From a virus (lineage: Duplodnaviria > Caudoviricetes): a stretch of DNA of 34,620 bases. Under the pieces are notes generated by a model. It saw only the letters and a program-made list of their open reading frames with translations. It did no database searches and had not been told where the DNA came from. Each line of letters starts with the position of its first letter. The first letter of the stretch is position 1. The stretch lies in IMG/VR virus record IMGVR_UViG_3300048598_000573, positions 1 to 34,620 of that record. One strand, written 5' to 3'. The position numbers and the translations under genes were made by a program. Shown piece by piece: positions 27,040-34,419 of the stretch.

Positions 27040-27598
27040 CCGGACGCGATAAAATGGAGGAAAAACCCCCTTTTACCCCTGCAAACGAGTAGTCGCGGCA
27101 AAACTCGTAGGCGGCGAGATAAAGCGCGCGCCCGCCCGCTATAGTAGAATTAGCGTATCGGTAGTACCTTTTATAATATTATTGCTTTAGTTTTGCTTGA
27201 CATCGACGCAGCGTCGTGGGTCGTCACGACCGCAAACGAGACTGTATACTTCGCGTAACTCCTGCCCAATTATGTCTTACTTGCTCCAATCGGTCGAATG
27301 TTTTGTGCATCGGTCGGATGATCCATCCCTCGTGTGAACGAAAGTCGATCGATATGGGTCCCATATGCCACCGATCGGACGCCGATCATCACGTCCAGCG
27401 TGGTCGAAACCGATCCGAAATCACGTCCAAGGCGGTCGAAATCGAACGATATCACCGACGAATTCGACCTCGATTTGGGTCAAAACGAAACCAAATCGAA
27501 TTTGAATGGTACCCTTCATCGTCGTCGTCGCCGGGCGCGGAAAAATCGCGGAACAAACGAAAGTCAAACGAAACTCGATCGTGCGGGGTCCCCTGACC
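27040..27598. other. Non-coding region upstream of terS, candidate packaging (cos/pac) locus
   Basis: No convincing ORF; AT-rich patch 27168-27195; phased A-tracts and a 22-bp imperfect direct repeat; position typical of cos in lambda-like phages. Confidence 0.5.
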
Positions 27599-28180
27599 TC
27601 AGAACACGACCCCAAACCGTCGCGCATGCCGGGCGAAATTGCGAGGGAAGGTCCGACCGACGACTGCCTGATGGGTCCGATATGACCGCGTTATGGACTC
27701 CAAGAGTGACGGTCCACGAACGACCTGCAAAGGCTTGCGGCGCCCGCTCGTGCGTTGCATTGCTGGACGGTTCGCGGGTGATCCCGGTGCTGAGTATCGC
27801 GATCCACGCGAGGGCAACCAAAAAGCCCGCCGTCCCGGATCGCCGCCAAGCTTCCGAGAGCCCTGATCGCGGTAGGTGATGCCTCGTCTCGTGGGACGAG
27901 CCTGAAGGTCGTCGATCACGATCCCTTTCGTCGAAGCACTCATTTCCCAAGCAAGTTTCGCCTCAGAGGCGACGAAAACGCGGCTGTACCGCCTCACCGT
28001 CTTGATCGTGATCCCGATGTCCCTACGGACCTCGCGCTGAACCGCGACGCGTACCGTGCGCCCGGAATCGTTCAAGGCGAACTTGGTCGCCTTCCGGACG
28101 TTCTTCGCCGCAAGATTGACCCGCGCGAGCACGTGATCGAGCCCACGAACGTCAACGTCTAGCGCGATCCCCTCACGCAT
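27599..28180 (-). CDS. Minor tail protein Z-like / neck protein
   Basis: MREGIALDVDVRGLDHV..VRKATKFALNDSGRTVR..VRRDIGI; basic, 193 aa; start moved to 28180. Confidence 0.7.
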   Translation of the reverse strand: MREGIALDVDVRGLDHVLARVNLAAKNVRKATKFALNDSGRTVRVAVQREVRRDIGITIKTVRRYSRVFVASEAKLAWEMSASTKGIVIDDLQARPTRRGITYRDQGSRKLGGDPGRRAFWLPSRGSRYSAPGSPANRPAMQRTSGRRKPLQVVRGPSLLESITRSYRTHQAVVGRTFPRNFARHARRFGVVF

Positions 28181-28182
28181 CG

Positions 28183-28347
28183 TCAGCGCTTCCCGAAATA
28201 TGCAGCTTTGATCCGCGAAACATCGCGCGAGATCGAGCGCCCCACATATCCGAGATTTTTCCGGGCTCCAGCGCCATCGCCGCGTCCGATCGCGCGGATC
28301 GTGCGGGTCAAAGCGTTCGCTCGTTTCGTGCAGCTGCTGCATGCCAT
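28183..28347 (-). CDS. Small basic protein with N-terminal CxxC (54 aa)
   Basis: MACSSCTKRANAL..; G-rich RBS; TAAATA box at 28374-28379 upstream. Confidence 0.6.
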   Translation of the reverse strand: MACSSCTKRANALTRTIRAIGRGDGAGARKNLGYVGRSISRDVSRIKAAYFGKR

Positions 28348-28372
28348 GATGTAATCCCCCCAAAACTCCCCT

Positions 28373-28705
28373 CTATTTAGGGGGAGGCAGACCCGGATCG
28401 ATCGCGGACGGTCCGGACGCTCGACCAGAGCCGGGCCATACGAGCCAAGCGGTCCAGCTGACGCGGTCACGGGTGCAGTAGACGAGATATTCCGCGAACT
28501 CGTCCGTGCGACCGTCCTTGGCGCGCCAGTGAAACTCACCGCAGCCGCGAGCCTGATGCGCCACTAGAGTTCTGATGATTTCGGGCTTGAGATCGTCCCG
28601 CCATGGACCCGGAAACTGCGCTGCAATGGGCTTCTCGCCTTCACAGGCGCCCATCGCGATGGCGGTGAGCAGCAGAGCAATGATTTGAGCTGTTCGAGCA
28701 ATCAT
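28373..28705 (-). CDS. Putative lipoprotein
   Basis: MIARTAQIIALLLTAIAMGA-C lipobox-like signal; two more Cys; TAAATA box at 28796-28801 upstream. Confidence 0.65.
   Translation of the reverse strand: MIARTAQIIALLLTAIAMGACEGEKPIAAQFPGPWRDDLKPEIIRTLVAHQARGCGEFHWRAKDGRTDEFAEYLVYCTRDRVSWTAWLVWPGSGRASGPSAIDPGLPPPK
28374..28379 (-). promoter_or_regulatory. TAAATA box in loop of 6-bp hairpin
   Basis: CTCCCC-cTAAATAga-GGGGAG (28366-28386). Confidence 0.6.
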
Positions 28706-28843
28706 CCCCAGATCATCGCATCGATTGCGCTCAAAATCGAGCTGATGCGACCCGACTACATCCATCTTCGTCGCATCAGTTCAATGGCCTTGATCTATTT
28801 AGTTCGCGCAGCGCTGCATGACCGCAAAACGATAACTAACTCA

Positions 28844-29446
28844 ATGGAACGACTGCGCATTCTTCGTCAGATTATTACAGCTCTTTCACGTGGTTCATGG
28901 GGCGAACGGCTCGCGTCAGGCGGGTGGGTCACGCTGGTCGTGGCGATGATCTTCGTCGCGCTGCTCGCGATCACGTTCCGCAGCCCGATCGAGCGGTTCT
29001 TGTGGTCACAGCTCCCACCACAGGCTCAGGACTATCGCGCATCTGTCGAGACCCGCGCAGCGGCTGCGATCCACGATGTGCTTCGCCTTGGTCGCGAGAA
29101 GGTCGGTGCAGACCGCCTGAGCTACGTGCGTGCCGGCGAAAAATTCGCCCCGGAACTGCGCGAGCATTTTGATCGGCTGGACCTTGGGGAATGCGTGACC
29201 CTCGATCGCGATCTTCCACGCATCTTCAAGAGCCGTGCTGTGAGCGTCGTCGTTCTGTGCCCCACCGATGGGGGCGCCCGGCTGATCGCGGAGTTCAGCG
29301 AAAGATTGTCGCGGGACGAGCTGCGGAAGGCGACGTTTGAGCTGATCGCGTTGGCGACCACGCTGAGGGCGATCGAGCGCATCCCCACGGGCGAAATTCA
29401 GCAGATGTTATGGATGGTCGTCGCGGACCAGTCCGGGGGCTTTTAG
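28844..29446 (+). CDS. Single-TM protein with GAF-like C-terminal domain; candidate T4 T-type holin
   Basis: Start at MERLRIL, 5 nt after TAACTA (28833-28838). Amphipathic N-helix, one TM, then IHDVL..REKVGADR..GECV..VVLCP. Confidence 0.5.
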   Translation: MERLRILRQIITALSRGSWGERLASGGWVTLVVAMIFVALLAITFRSPIERFLWSQLPPQAQDYRASVETRAAAAIHDVLRLGREKVGADRLSYVRAGEKFAPELREHFDRLDLGECVTLDRDLPRIFKSRAVSVVVLCPTDGGARLIAEFSERLSRDELRKATFELIALATTLRAIERIPTGEIQQMLWMVVADQSGGF

Positions 29447-29679
29447 AGAGGGCGACACGTGCCGCCGAAGGTCGAGGAATGAGTGGGCTCACGACTGACG
29501 GAGATCAGGTAGGTCGCGCCATAAGCCAACGGCTTTTCGTCTGAAGAGGTGCAGACCAAACCGGTCGATGCAAAGTCCGCGCGAGGCTCGCCAGCCGGTG
29601 GGACCAAGCTCATCATCAGCGCGAGCGCCAGCATCACGATCCACCTCATTTGCCCGATCCTCTCGATCTCACGTCTCAT
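29443..29679 (-). CDS. Small exported/membrane-anchored protein with two Cys
   Basis: ATG 29679 is 5 nt after TAAATA (29685-29690); hydrophobic WIVMLALALMMSLV segment. Confidence 0.6.
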   Translation of the reverse strand: MRREIERIGQMRWIVMLALALMMSLVPPAGEPRADFASTGLVCTSSDEKPLAYGATYLISVSREPTHSSTFGGTCRPL

Positions 29680-29780
29680 CTTCGTATTTAGAGTTGGGGA
29701 TCGCAGGCATCGTGCGGACCCCAAAGGTTGCGCCCCACCCCGCCGCGCGGCACGGTTGCGCATGGGTTGAGGGCTCAATC

Positions 29781-30647
29781 ATGCGATGGATTCTTGGGCT
29801 GATCGTCGGGCTGACGCTCGCGGGAGCCTCATGGGCTCAGCAGCCGGCGCCACAGGCTCCAGCCGCATCATCGCCCGGCTTCGCGATCCCGATCCGGACG
29901 ATCGACGATCCGGAGAAAGAAGCCCGCGAGCGCGAGACGCTAGAGATTCAGCGTCGTGCGACGGTCGCGGCTGAGGATGCAACCCGTGCCGCGATACAAT
30001 CGGCTCGCGCAGCCGATCGATCCGCAGAAATTGCGGACAATGGGCTAGCCGTTGCGCTTGGACAATTCATCCTGACGATCATTAGCGCTGGCCTGCTAAT
30101 GTGGACGATCTTGACCAGTCATACCGCGATTAAACAGGCCAGAATTGCCAACGATCTAACCAAATATCAACACAACCTTGAAAATCGCGCTTGGCTAATT
30201 GCCGATGGCGAGGGACTTTCAATCAAATACCATGATCATGAATGGGTCGAGCTTGTTCTCGTTATTCGTAACATTGGCAATATGCCCGCCTCCTCTATTC
30301 GAATAGGCGTCACTAGTTGTCGCACCGTCAAGGCGGAATCGATCGAGACAGGAGACCCACAATCAACTCGCTCCGCCTTGGACAACCATCCATGGAAAAA
30401 GTCAGTAATATTTCCAAATCAACTTTACACTTTTCCAGATTTCAAAATAAAGACCTATCCAAACGAAGCTGGCGACTACGTCGTGTGCGAGTATCAAATA
30501 CACTATTCAACTCATTATGGGGAACAATGCCACACAGTAGGTCAGATTTGCTTCTCCACAGCCCAAGGAAATTGGAAGAGAGATATCAACATGCGCCCGG
30601 TATCGGCAGTATCGATCGTAAATTTTGGGGCGCAACTCGTCACCTAG
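29781..30647 (+). CDS. Hypothetical membrane protein (signal peptide, coiled coil, TM, beta-rich C-domain)
   Basis: MRWILGLIVGLTLAGASWA signal, GAGGG RBS; post-TM ENRAWL..IRNIGNMPA pattern; 3' half is AT-rich. Confidence 0.75.
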   Translation: MRWILGLIVGLTLAGASWAQQPAPQAPAASSPGFAIPIRTIDDPEKEARERETLEIQRRATVAAEDATRAAIQSARAADRSAEIADNGLAVALGQFILTIISAGLLMWTILTSHTAIKQARIANDLTKYQHNLENRAWLIADGEGLSIKYHDHEWVELVLVIRNIGNMPASSIRIGVTSCRTVKAESIETGDPQSTRSALDNHPWKKSVIFPNQLYTFPDFKIKTYPNEAGDYVVCEYQIHYSTHYGEQCHTVGQICFSTAQGNWKRDINMRPVSAVSIVNFGAQLVT

Positions 30648-30949
30648 TGACGCGTCTCGTCATCTTCCTCAGGCTCGTCCACGTCAGACCAGCCCCCGGC
30701 GCCCACCGAGTCCGGACCCGCGCCCTCACACTGAACCGTACTCGATCCACGCGATGGAACATCCGGCATCATCATGATGAGCCCGACCGTCGCGGTCTGC
30801 TCCAGCCTTGCGATGAAGTCGCGATACGAGACGAGCGTATCGCCAGAGGGGGACTTGAAGGGGACGACCCCAGACTCCGCGAGGAAACGCTGAATGAATT
30901 CGTGGGACCATCCCATCCGTTGAAGTTCAGATATCGAAACGTACCGCAT
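30644..30949 (-). CDS. Small hypothetical protein, possible winged-helix DNA binder
   Basis: GGAGGAG RBS before MRYVSISELQRMGW; acidic tail; TAAGTA variant at 30997-31002. Confidence 0.6.
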   Translation of the reverse strand: MRYVSISELQRMGWSHEFIQRFLAESGVVPFKSPSGDTLVSYRDFIARLEQTATVGLIMMMPDVPSRGSSTVQCEGAGPDSVGAGGWSDVDEPEEDDETRH

Positions 30950-31012
30950 CGGTGTGCTCCTCCCATCGTGGAGCACGACCGTTCGCGCATCCGAATTACT
31001 TAGCGATAGAGA

Positions 31013-31810
31013 TCATTCGCGAGCAGAAAATGCCTCATGTCCGATACGCCGCTCAATCAGGTTACGCGTCATACTATCTGGCATATAGCGAAGCATCCGG
31101 TACCGACGAACGTAATCCAGCATATTACCAGACCGCTCAGTTAGGCAATTCAACGCAAGTATCTCTGCCATCGAATTACTGATTTGCGCACGAACAATAT
31201 TGCCGTACAGCGATCTATCCGCCTCATTCGTCGGAAACGTATTGTCAATTAGCCTCAATATATTGAAGAGGATGCGGAAATATGGGCTGAAATACAAATC
31301 ATAATGCTGCCCAATGGCTCGCTCGTAAATTCTTTCAGCCTCTGACGGGTCTTCGGCAAAAGTTATTGCCCCCTTTTCAATCGAGTGCTTGACGGAGTCA
31401 GCGATTGCCCGCACGGAAGACGCTCCGCGATCCTGACTCGTTGTCCGAATGTCATCGTGCAGCTCTCGCAACAACTCAAGCATACGAAAGAATGTGCTCT
31501 CAAATTGTTGCCGGGTGTGAACTGCCCTCGTGCTCGCGATCTCTTCACGTTGAAGTTTGAGTTCCTTTCTCTGCTCGATCAGCTCGATCCGCTGCATGTT
31601 TCCGGTCCACCAAACTGCGGCGAACGCGAGCGCGGTGAAAAGCGACGTGAAGCCGCCGAACGAGTCTCCGAACTGCCCAGCGGTGCCAATTCCGCCTTTC
31701 GAATAGGTGTAGAAGGCAAACGCCATCCACATCGCCCACACAACCACGACGAAAAGGATTATCCGCCACACGGGTGGGGTCTGAATGCGGTCGTTCCTAT
31801 CCTCGCTCAT
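31013..31810 (-). CDS. Putative phage abortive infection protein (putAbiC-like), 2 TM
   Basis: GQFGDSFGG, QQFESTFFRML, YFRILFNIL..ID, YGNIVRAQIS motifs; GGAGGA RBS; lower GC. Confidence 0.8.
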   Translation of the reverse strand: MSEDRNDRIQTPPVWRIILFVVVVWAMWMAFAFYTYSKGGIGTAGQFGDSFGGFTSLFTALAFAAVWWTGNMQRIELIEQRKELKLQREEIASTRAVHTRQQFESTFFRMLELLRELHDDIRTTSQDRGASSVRAIADSVKHSIEKGAITFAEDPSEAERIYERAIGQHYDLYFSPYFRILFNILRLIDNTFPTNEADRSLYGNIVRAQISNSMAEILALNCLTERSGNMLDYVRRYRMLRYMPDSMTRNLIERRIGHEAFSARE

Positions 31811-31918
31811 CAGGTCCTCCGACTCGTTTAAGTACCAGAGCAGTTTGTGTCCAATCGGCAAAGTATCCGCTTGCAAGTGTCCCCAAGATCATTGGTGAGC
31901 ATTGGCGTAAATAGGGTC

Positions 31919-32290
31919 ATGCAGAACCCTCTTTCACAGCTCATCTCTCAGCTCCGCTCCCATCGGGAGCCCGAAACGCGTGTGTCTCGCTGGACCCGGT
32001 GGATCACGCGGCTCATCACCGGTGCGCTCGCGATCGGCGCGATCGTGCTCCCGTTCATCGCGCCTGAGCGTGCGGCTGCGGCGGGTGCTGCGCTCGCGTC
32101 CTACCCGGTCTTTTTCACGGTGCTGATCATCCTTGCGGTCGCAGTCGCGCTTCTGGGCCTGAGGATCGCGGCGCCTCGATCTTCGTCCGAAGAGTCCGCC
32201 GACGATGCCGGCGACGATGCGGCAGACGCCAGCAAGGCGGATCAGATCGATCCGGTCCTGACGCAGGATGCGCCGAAGGGTGAGGGTTAG
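31919..32290 (+). CDS. Two-TM protein with acidic tail (holin-like topology)
   Basis: gcgTAAATAgggtcATG (box 31908-31913); two hydrophobic helices. Confidence 0.65.
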   Translation: MQNPLSQLISQLRSHREPETRVSRWTRWITRLITGALAIGAIVLPFIAPERAAAAGAALASYPVFFTVLIILAVAVALLGLRIAAPRSSSEESADDAGDDAADASKADQIDPVLTQDAPKGEG

Positions 32291-32292
32291 CC

Positions 32293-33186
32293 CTACGATT
32301 CAGACTTGACAGAGTTCCGAACATATTCGACGAAGTCAGGAATTGTGTCCGGTGAGTAGTTCATAACGTTACCGGAGGTGCGTTGAAGACCCGGAAAACT
32401 AATCATGCCTCGACTCAAGGGACCGTCACTCTCCACCACAAAAAACGCATCGTCGTCAGTGAACGTGCAATACCGCTCCCGAAGTTCATATTGACTATGG
32501 ACCTCTTTCATCACTGCGATCGCATTTTTGGATATCTTCTTTTTCCCCCAATAGTAGATGTACGATGTTTGTGGCTCTAACTTCCCACCCAAGAAGGACG
32601 CACCTGTATCGTTCTTTGCTCGCAATTCCAGTCGCGCAATCCGACTTAAGATTGCATCAATTTGACTAAGAATGACTTTTTCTGAAGCGTCGGCAGTCTT
32701 GTCGATCTCAATCCGCCCGACCGCTAGTGTTACTGGAGTGACCTGCTTGAAGCCCTCTTTCACCACTTCTTTCAGGACATCATGAAGCTGGCTTTTCGCG
32801 GCTTCAACGTCCTGCACGCGGGTATATGAGAAGTGCACCGTTCGCTGGAGCTTCACATCGAACGGCAGGTCTTCCTGCTTTCGGACCATATGAACGATCG
32901 GCTTCTGGTACATGTGGCGAAGCCCGACTTCATAGAAGACGTTCGGGTTCCCAAAGCTCAGATCAGCGATGACCAAGTCCGACCGAATGATCCGTTGAAT
33001 GATCTGCTGATCGATCAAGCCGGGATCGTTGATCTTGTCAGCGCGCTCCACGATGAATTCGGGATAGTGCTCTTGCATAACGGGGAGGATGATCCCCTCA
33101 TACACCCAATCCGCGTGCGTGCGGTGGTCACTTCCGTCCGCGCCGATCGGGCTGACGACGAAGCAGCTCTTCGATTTTTCGGACAT
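32293..33186 (-). CDS. Nucleoside 2-deoxyribosyltransferase-like (NDT) domain protein
   Basis: CFVVSPIG, RAD, SDLVIADLS..NPNVFYEVGLRH; GGGGAGG RBS before MSEKS. Confidence 0.85.
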   Translation of the reverse strand: MSEKSKSCFVVSPIGADGSDHRTHADWVYEGIILPVMQEHYPEFIVERADKINDPGLIDQQIIQRIIRSDLVIADLSFGNPNVFYEVGLRHMYQKPIVHMVRKQEDLPFDVKLQRTVHFSYTRVQDVEAAKSQLHDVLKEVVKEGFKQVTPVTLAVGRIEIDKTADASEKVILSQIDAILSRIARLELRAKNDTGASFLGGKLEPQTSYIYYWGKKKISKNAIAVMKEVHSQYELRERYCTFTDDDAFFVVESDGPLSRGMISFPGLQRTSGNVMNYSPDTIPDFVEYVRNSVKSES

Positions 33187-33252
33187 TAGGGTCCCTCCCC
33201 TCACCACTTCAGCGCGAGGGAGCGAGAAACACAAGCGACCGACAGGTCCGCG

Positions 33253-33396
33253 TCAGCGCAACCGCTTCAGCTGATCGAGGTAGCGCGCATGAGCCTCAGC
33301 GGTCCATTCGGGTTCGTCCGCGATCACCACGTGATGCTTCTTCGCGAATTCGACCGCGCTCTTCATCTTCTGCTGCATCTGCTTTTCGAACGACAT
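33253..33396 (-). CDS. 47-aa hypothetical protein, not in ORF track
   Basis: GGAGG RBS; MSFEKQMQQKMKSAVEFAKKHHVVIADEPEWTAEAHARYLDQLKRLR*; GC-rich third positions. Confidence 0.7.
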   Translation of the reverse strand: MSFEKQMQQKMKSAVEFAKKHHVVIADEPEWTAEAHARYLDQLKRLR

Positions 33397-33443
33397 CACA
33401 GCCTCCGCGTGATTCGATCGCCAACGCTAGCATGGTCGCCAGC

Positions 33444-33468
33444 TTGACCGGATGTTCCGTCTTCGTTC
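33444..33468 (+). promoter_or_regulatory. -35 element plus alphaproteobacterial LexA box
   Basis: TTGACC (33444-33449) then GTTC-cgtcttc-GTTC (33454-33468). Confidence 0.75.
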
Positions 33469-33477
33469 TCATGCGGC

Positions 33478-33801
33478 ATGGTCAAACGCAAGGGTCAGTT
33501 GACCCCATCCCAGATCGATCGCGAGTACCCCGCGCAGGCGATCCTCACCGCGCTCGATCATTCGGCGCGATGGCGCGAGATCGACGCGGTCAAGGCGGAG
33601 CGTGGCGGTGCACCGCTTGGACATTCATTGGTGATCGACGATGTCCAGCACGTGGTGACGTGCTTCCGCGATGAGGGTGCGGCGGACGAGTTCGTGGCGA
33701 TCTTCGGCGGGAAGCGATTCGATCCCGCGACCCGGTCGAGATCGTCGTGGGCACATTTGAAGGCGGACGTGGCCCGGCGACGGGTGGCGCGAAAGTGGTG
33801 A
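33478..33801 (+). CDS. Hypothetical protein, probably SOS-regulated
   Basis: 107 aa; IDREYPAQAIL and CFRDEGAADEF..FGGKRFDP; follows the LexA box. Confidence 0.75.
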   Translation: MVKRKGQLTPSQIDREYPAQAILTALDHSARWREIDAVKAERGGAPLGHSLVIDDVQHVVTCFRDEGAADEFVAIFGGKRFDPATRSRSSWAHLKADVARRRVARKW

Positions 33802-33908
33802 ACCTATGGGCTCATTATACTGCTCAGAAAGCGCCTGAACTTGTAAACGAAGTCATGCGAGACAGAATTCCAGATCATTCTCAGCGCACGTGTGAACATC
33901 CGGTCACC

Positions 33909-34205
33909 TCATGAATCGTAAGAATTTCTCACCTCGCGTTGAAACTCATGTCCGCATTCAGTGCACACGCAATCCTGCATCACATATTCTGTAGTTACTC
34001 GCCGTTGTCTCGTCCGCAATTTGCCATTGACCATCTGTGATTGGTAGCCGGTGAACCTTCTTCTCTTGTTCTTGATCCGCTCATCCGCGACTTCAACCGC
34101 AAACCACTGCTTGCAGTTCGGACAACGAGTCCGCCACGCCATCGGGATCAGATAATAGAGCGCGGCAAAGAAGAGCAGCCCTAGAATGAAAACGAAGTCC
34201 GACAC
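33909..34205 (-). CDS. Membrane-anchored zinc-ribbon protein
   Basis: N-terminal TM, CPNC and CTEC pairs; GGGGGA RBS, GTG start. Confidence 0.75.
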   Translation of the reverse strand: MSDFVFILGLLFFAALYYLIPMAWRTRCPNCKQWFAVEVADERIKNKRRRFTGYQSQMVNGKLRTRQRRVTTEYVMQDCVCTECGHEFQREVRNSYDS

Positions 34206-34290
34206 TTCCGTCCCCCGACCTTGATCGGTCTTACTCTGACATACGATCGAGCGAAAAGCGATCGGTATGCACGCCTAGCGATCAATCGAT

Positions 34291-34321
34291 AAAACGAAAG
34301 GGAGGCCCGATGGACCTCCCT
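34291..34321 (-). terminator. Intrinsic terminator
   Basis: AGGGAGGUCC-auc-GGGCCUCCCU followed by UUCGUUUU. Confidence 0.75.
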
Positions 34322-34365
34322 CGCGTGCGTGGTGATCAGATTTGAATGAACCGAAGAGCCCCACG
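34291..34365 (-). ncRNA. Candidate ~75-nt small RNA
   Basis: TAAATA box (34371-34376) followed within 50 nt by a terminator, with no ATG between. Confidence 0.4.
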
Positions 34366-34389
34366 ATTTCTATTTAGTCGTTCAGCACG

Positions 34390-34419
34390 AAAAAAGGGGA
34401 GCATTCGCGCTCCCCTTTT
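34390..34419. terminator. Bidirectional intrinsic terminator
   Basis: AAAAGGGGAGC-attcgc-GCTCCCCTTTT. Confidence 0.8.

Larger units (their letters stand above)
1918..28347 (-). mobile_element. Prophage-like morphogenesis module: lambda-type head plus Mu-type contractile tail
   Basis: Co-directional, syntenic packaging, head, neck, tail, baseplate and fibre genes with no visible frameshift damage. Confidence 0.95.

Noticed and set aside
27389-27580. Short repeats as CRISPR array or iterons
   Set aside because: Only two imperfect 22-bp copies, no repeat-spacer pattern, no cas or rep gene.
31829-31834. Plus-strand TAAGTA variant
   Set aside because: No matching start geometry, and an exact box at 31908 already serves the next gene; likely chance.
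3621-34376. TAAATA explained as stop-codon context or ordinary RpoD -10
   Set aside because: Only three copies overlap stops (10998, 21894, 28373). No consistently spaced TTGAC-like -35 was seen and the hexamer is nearly invariant. Disfavoured, not excluded.
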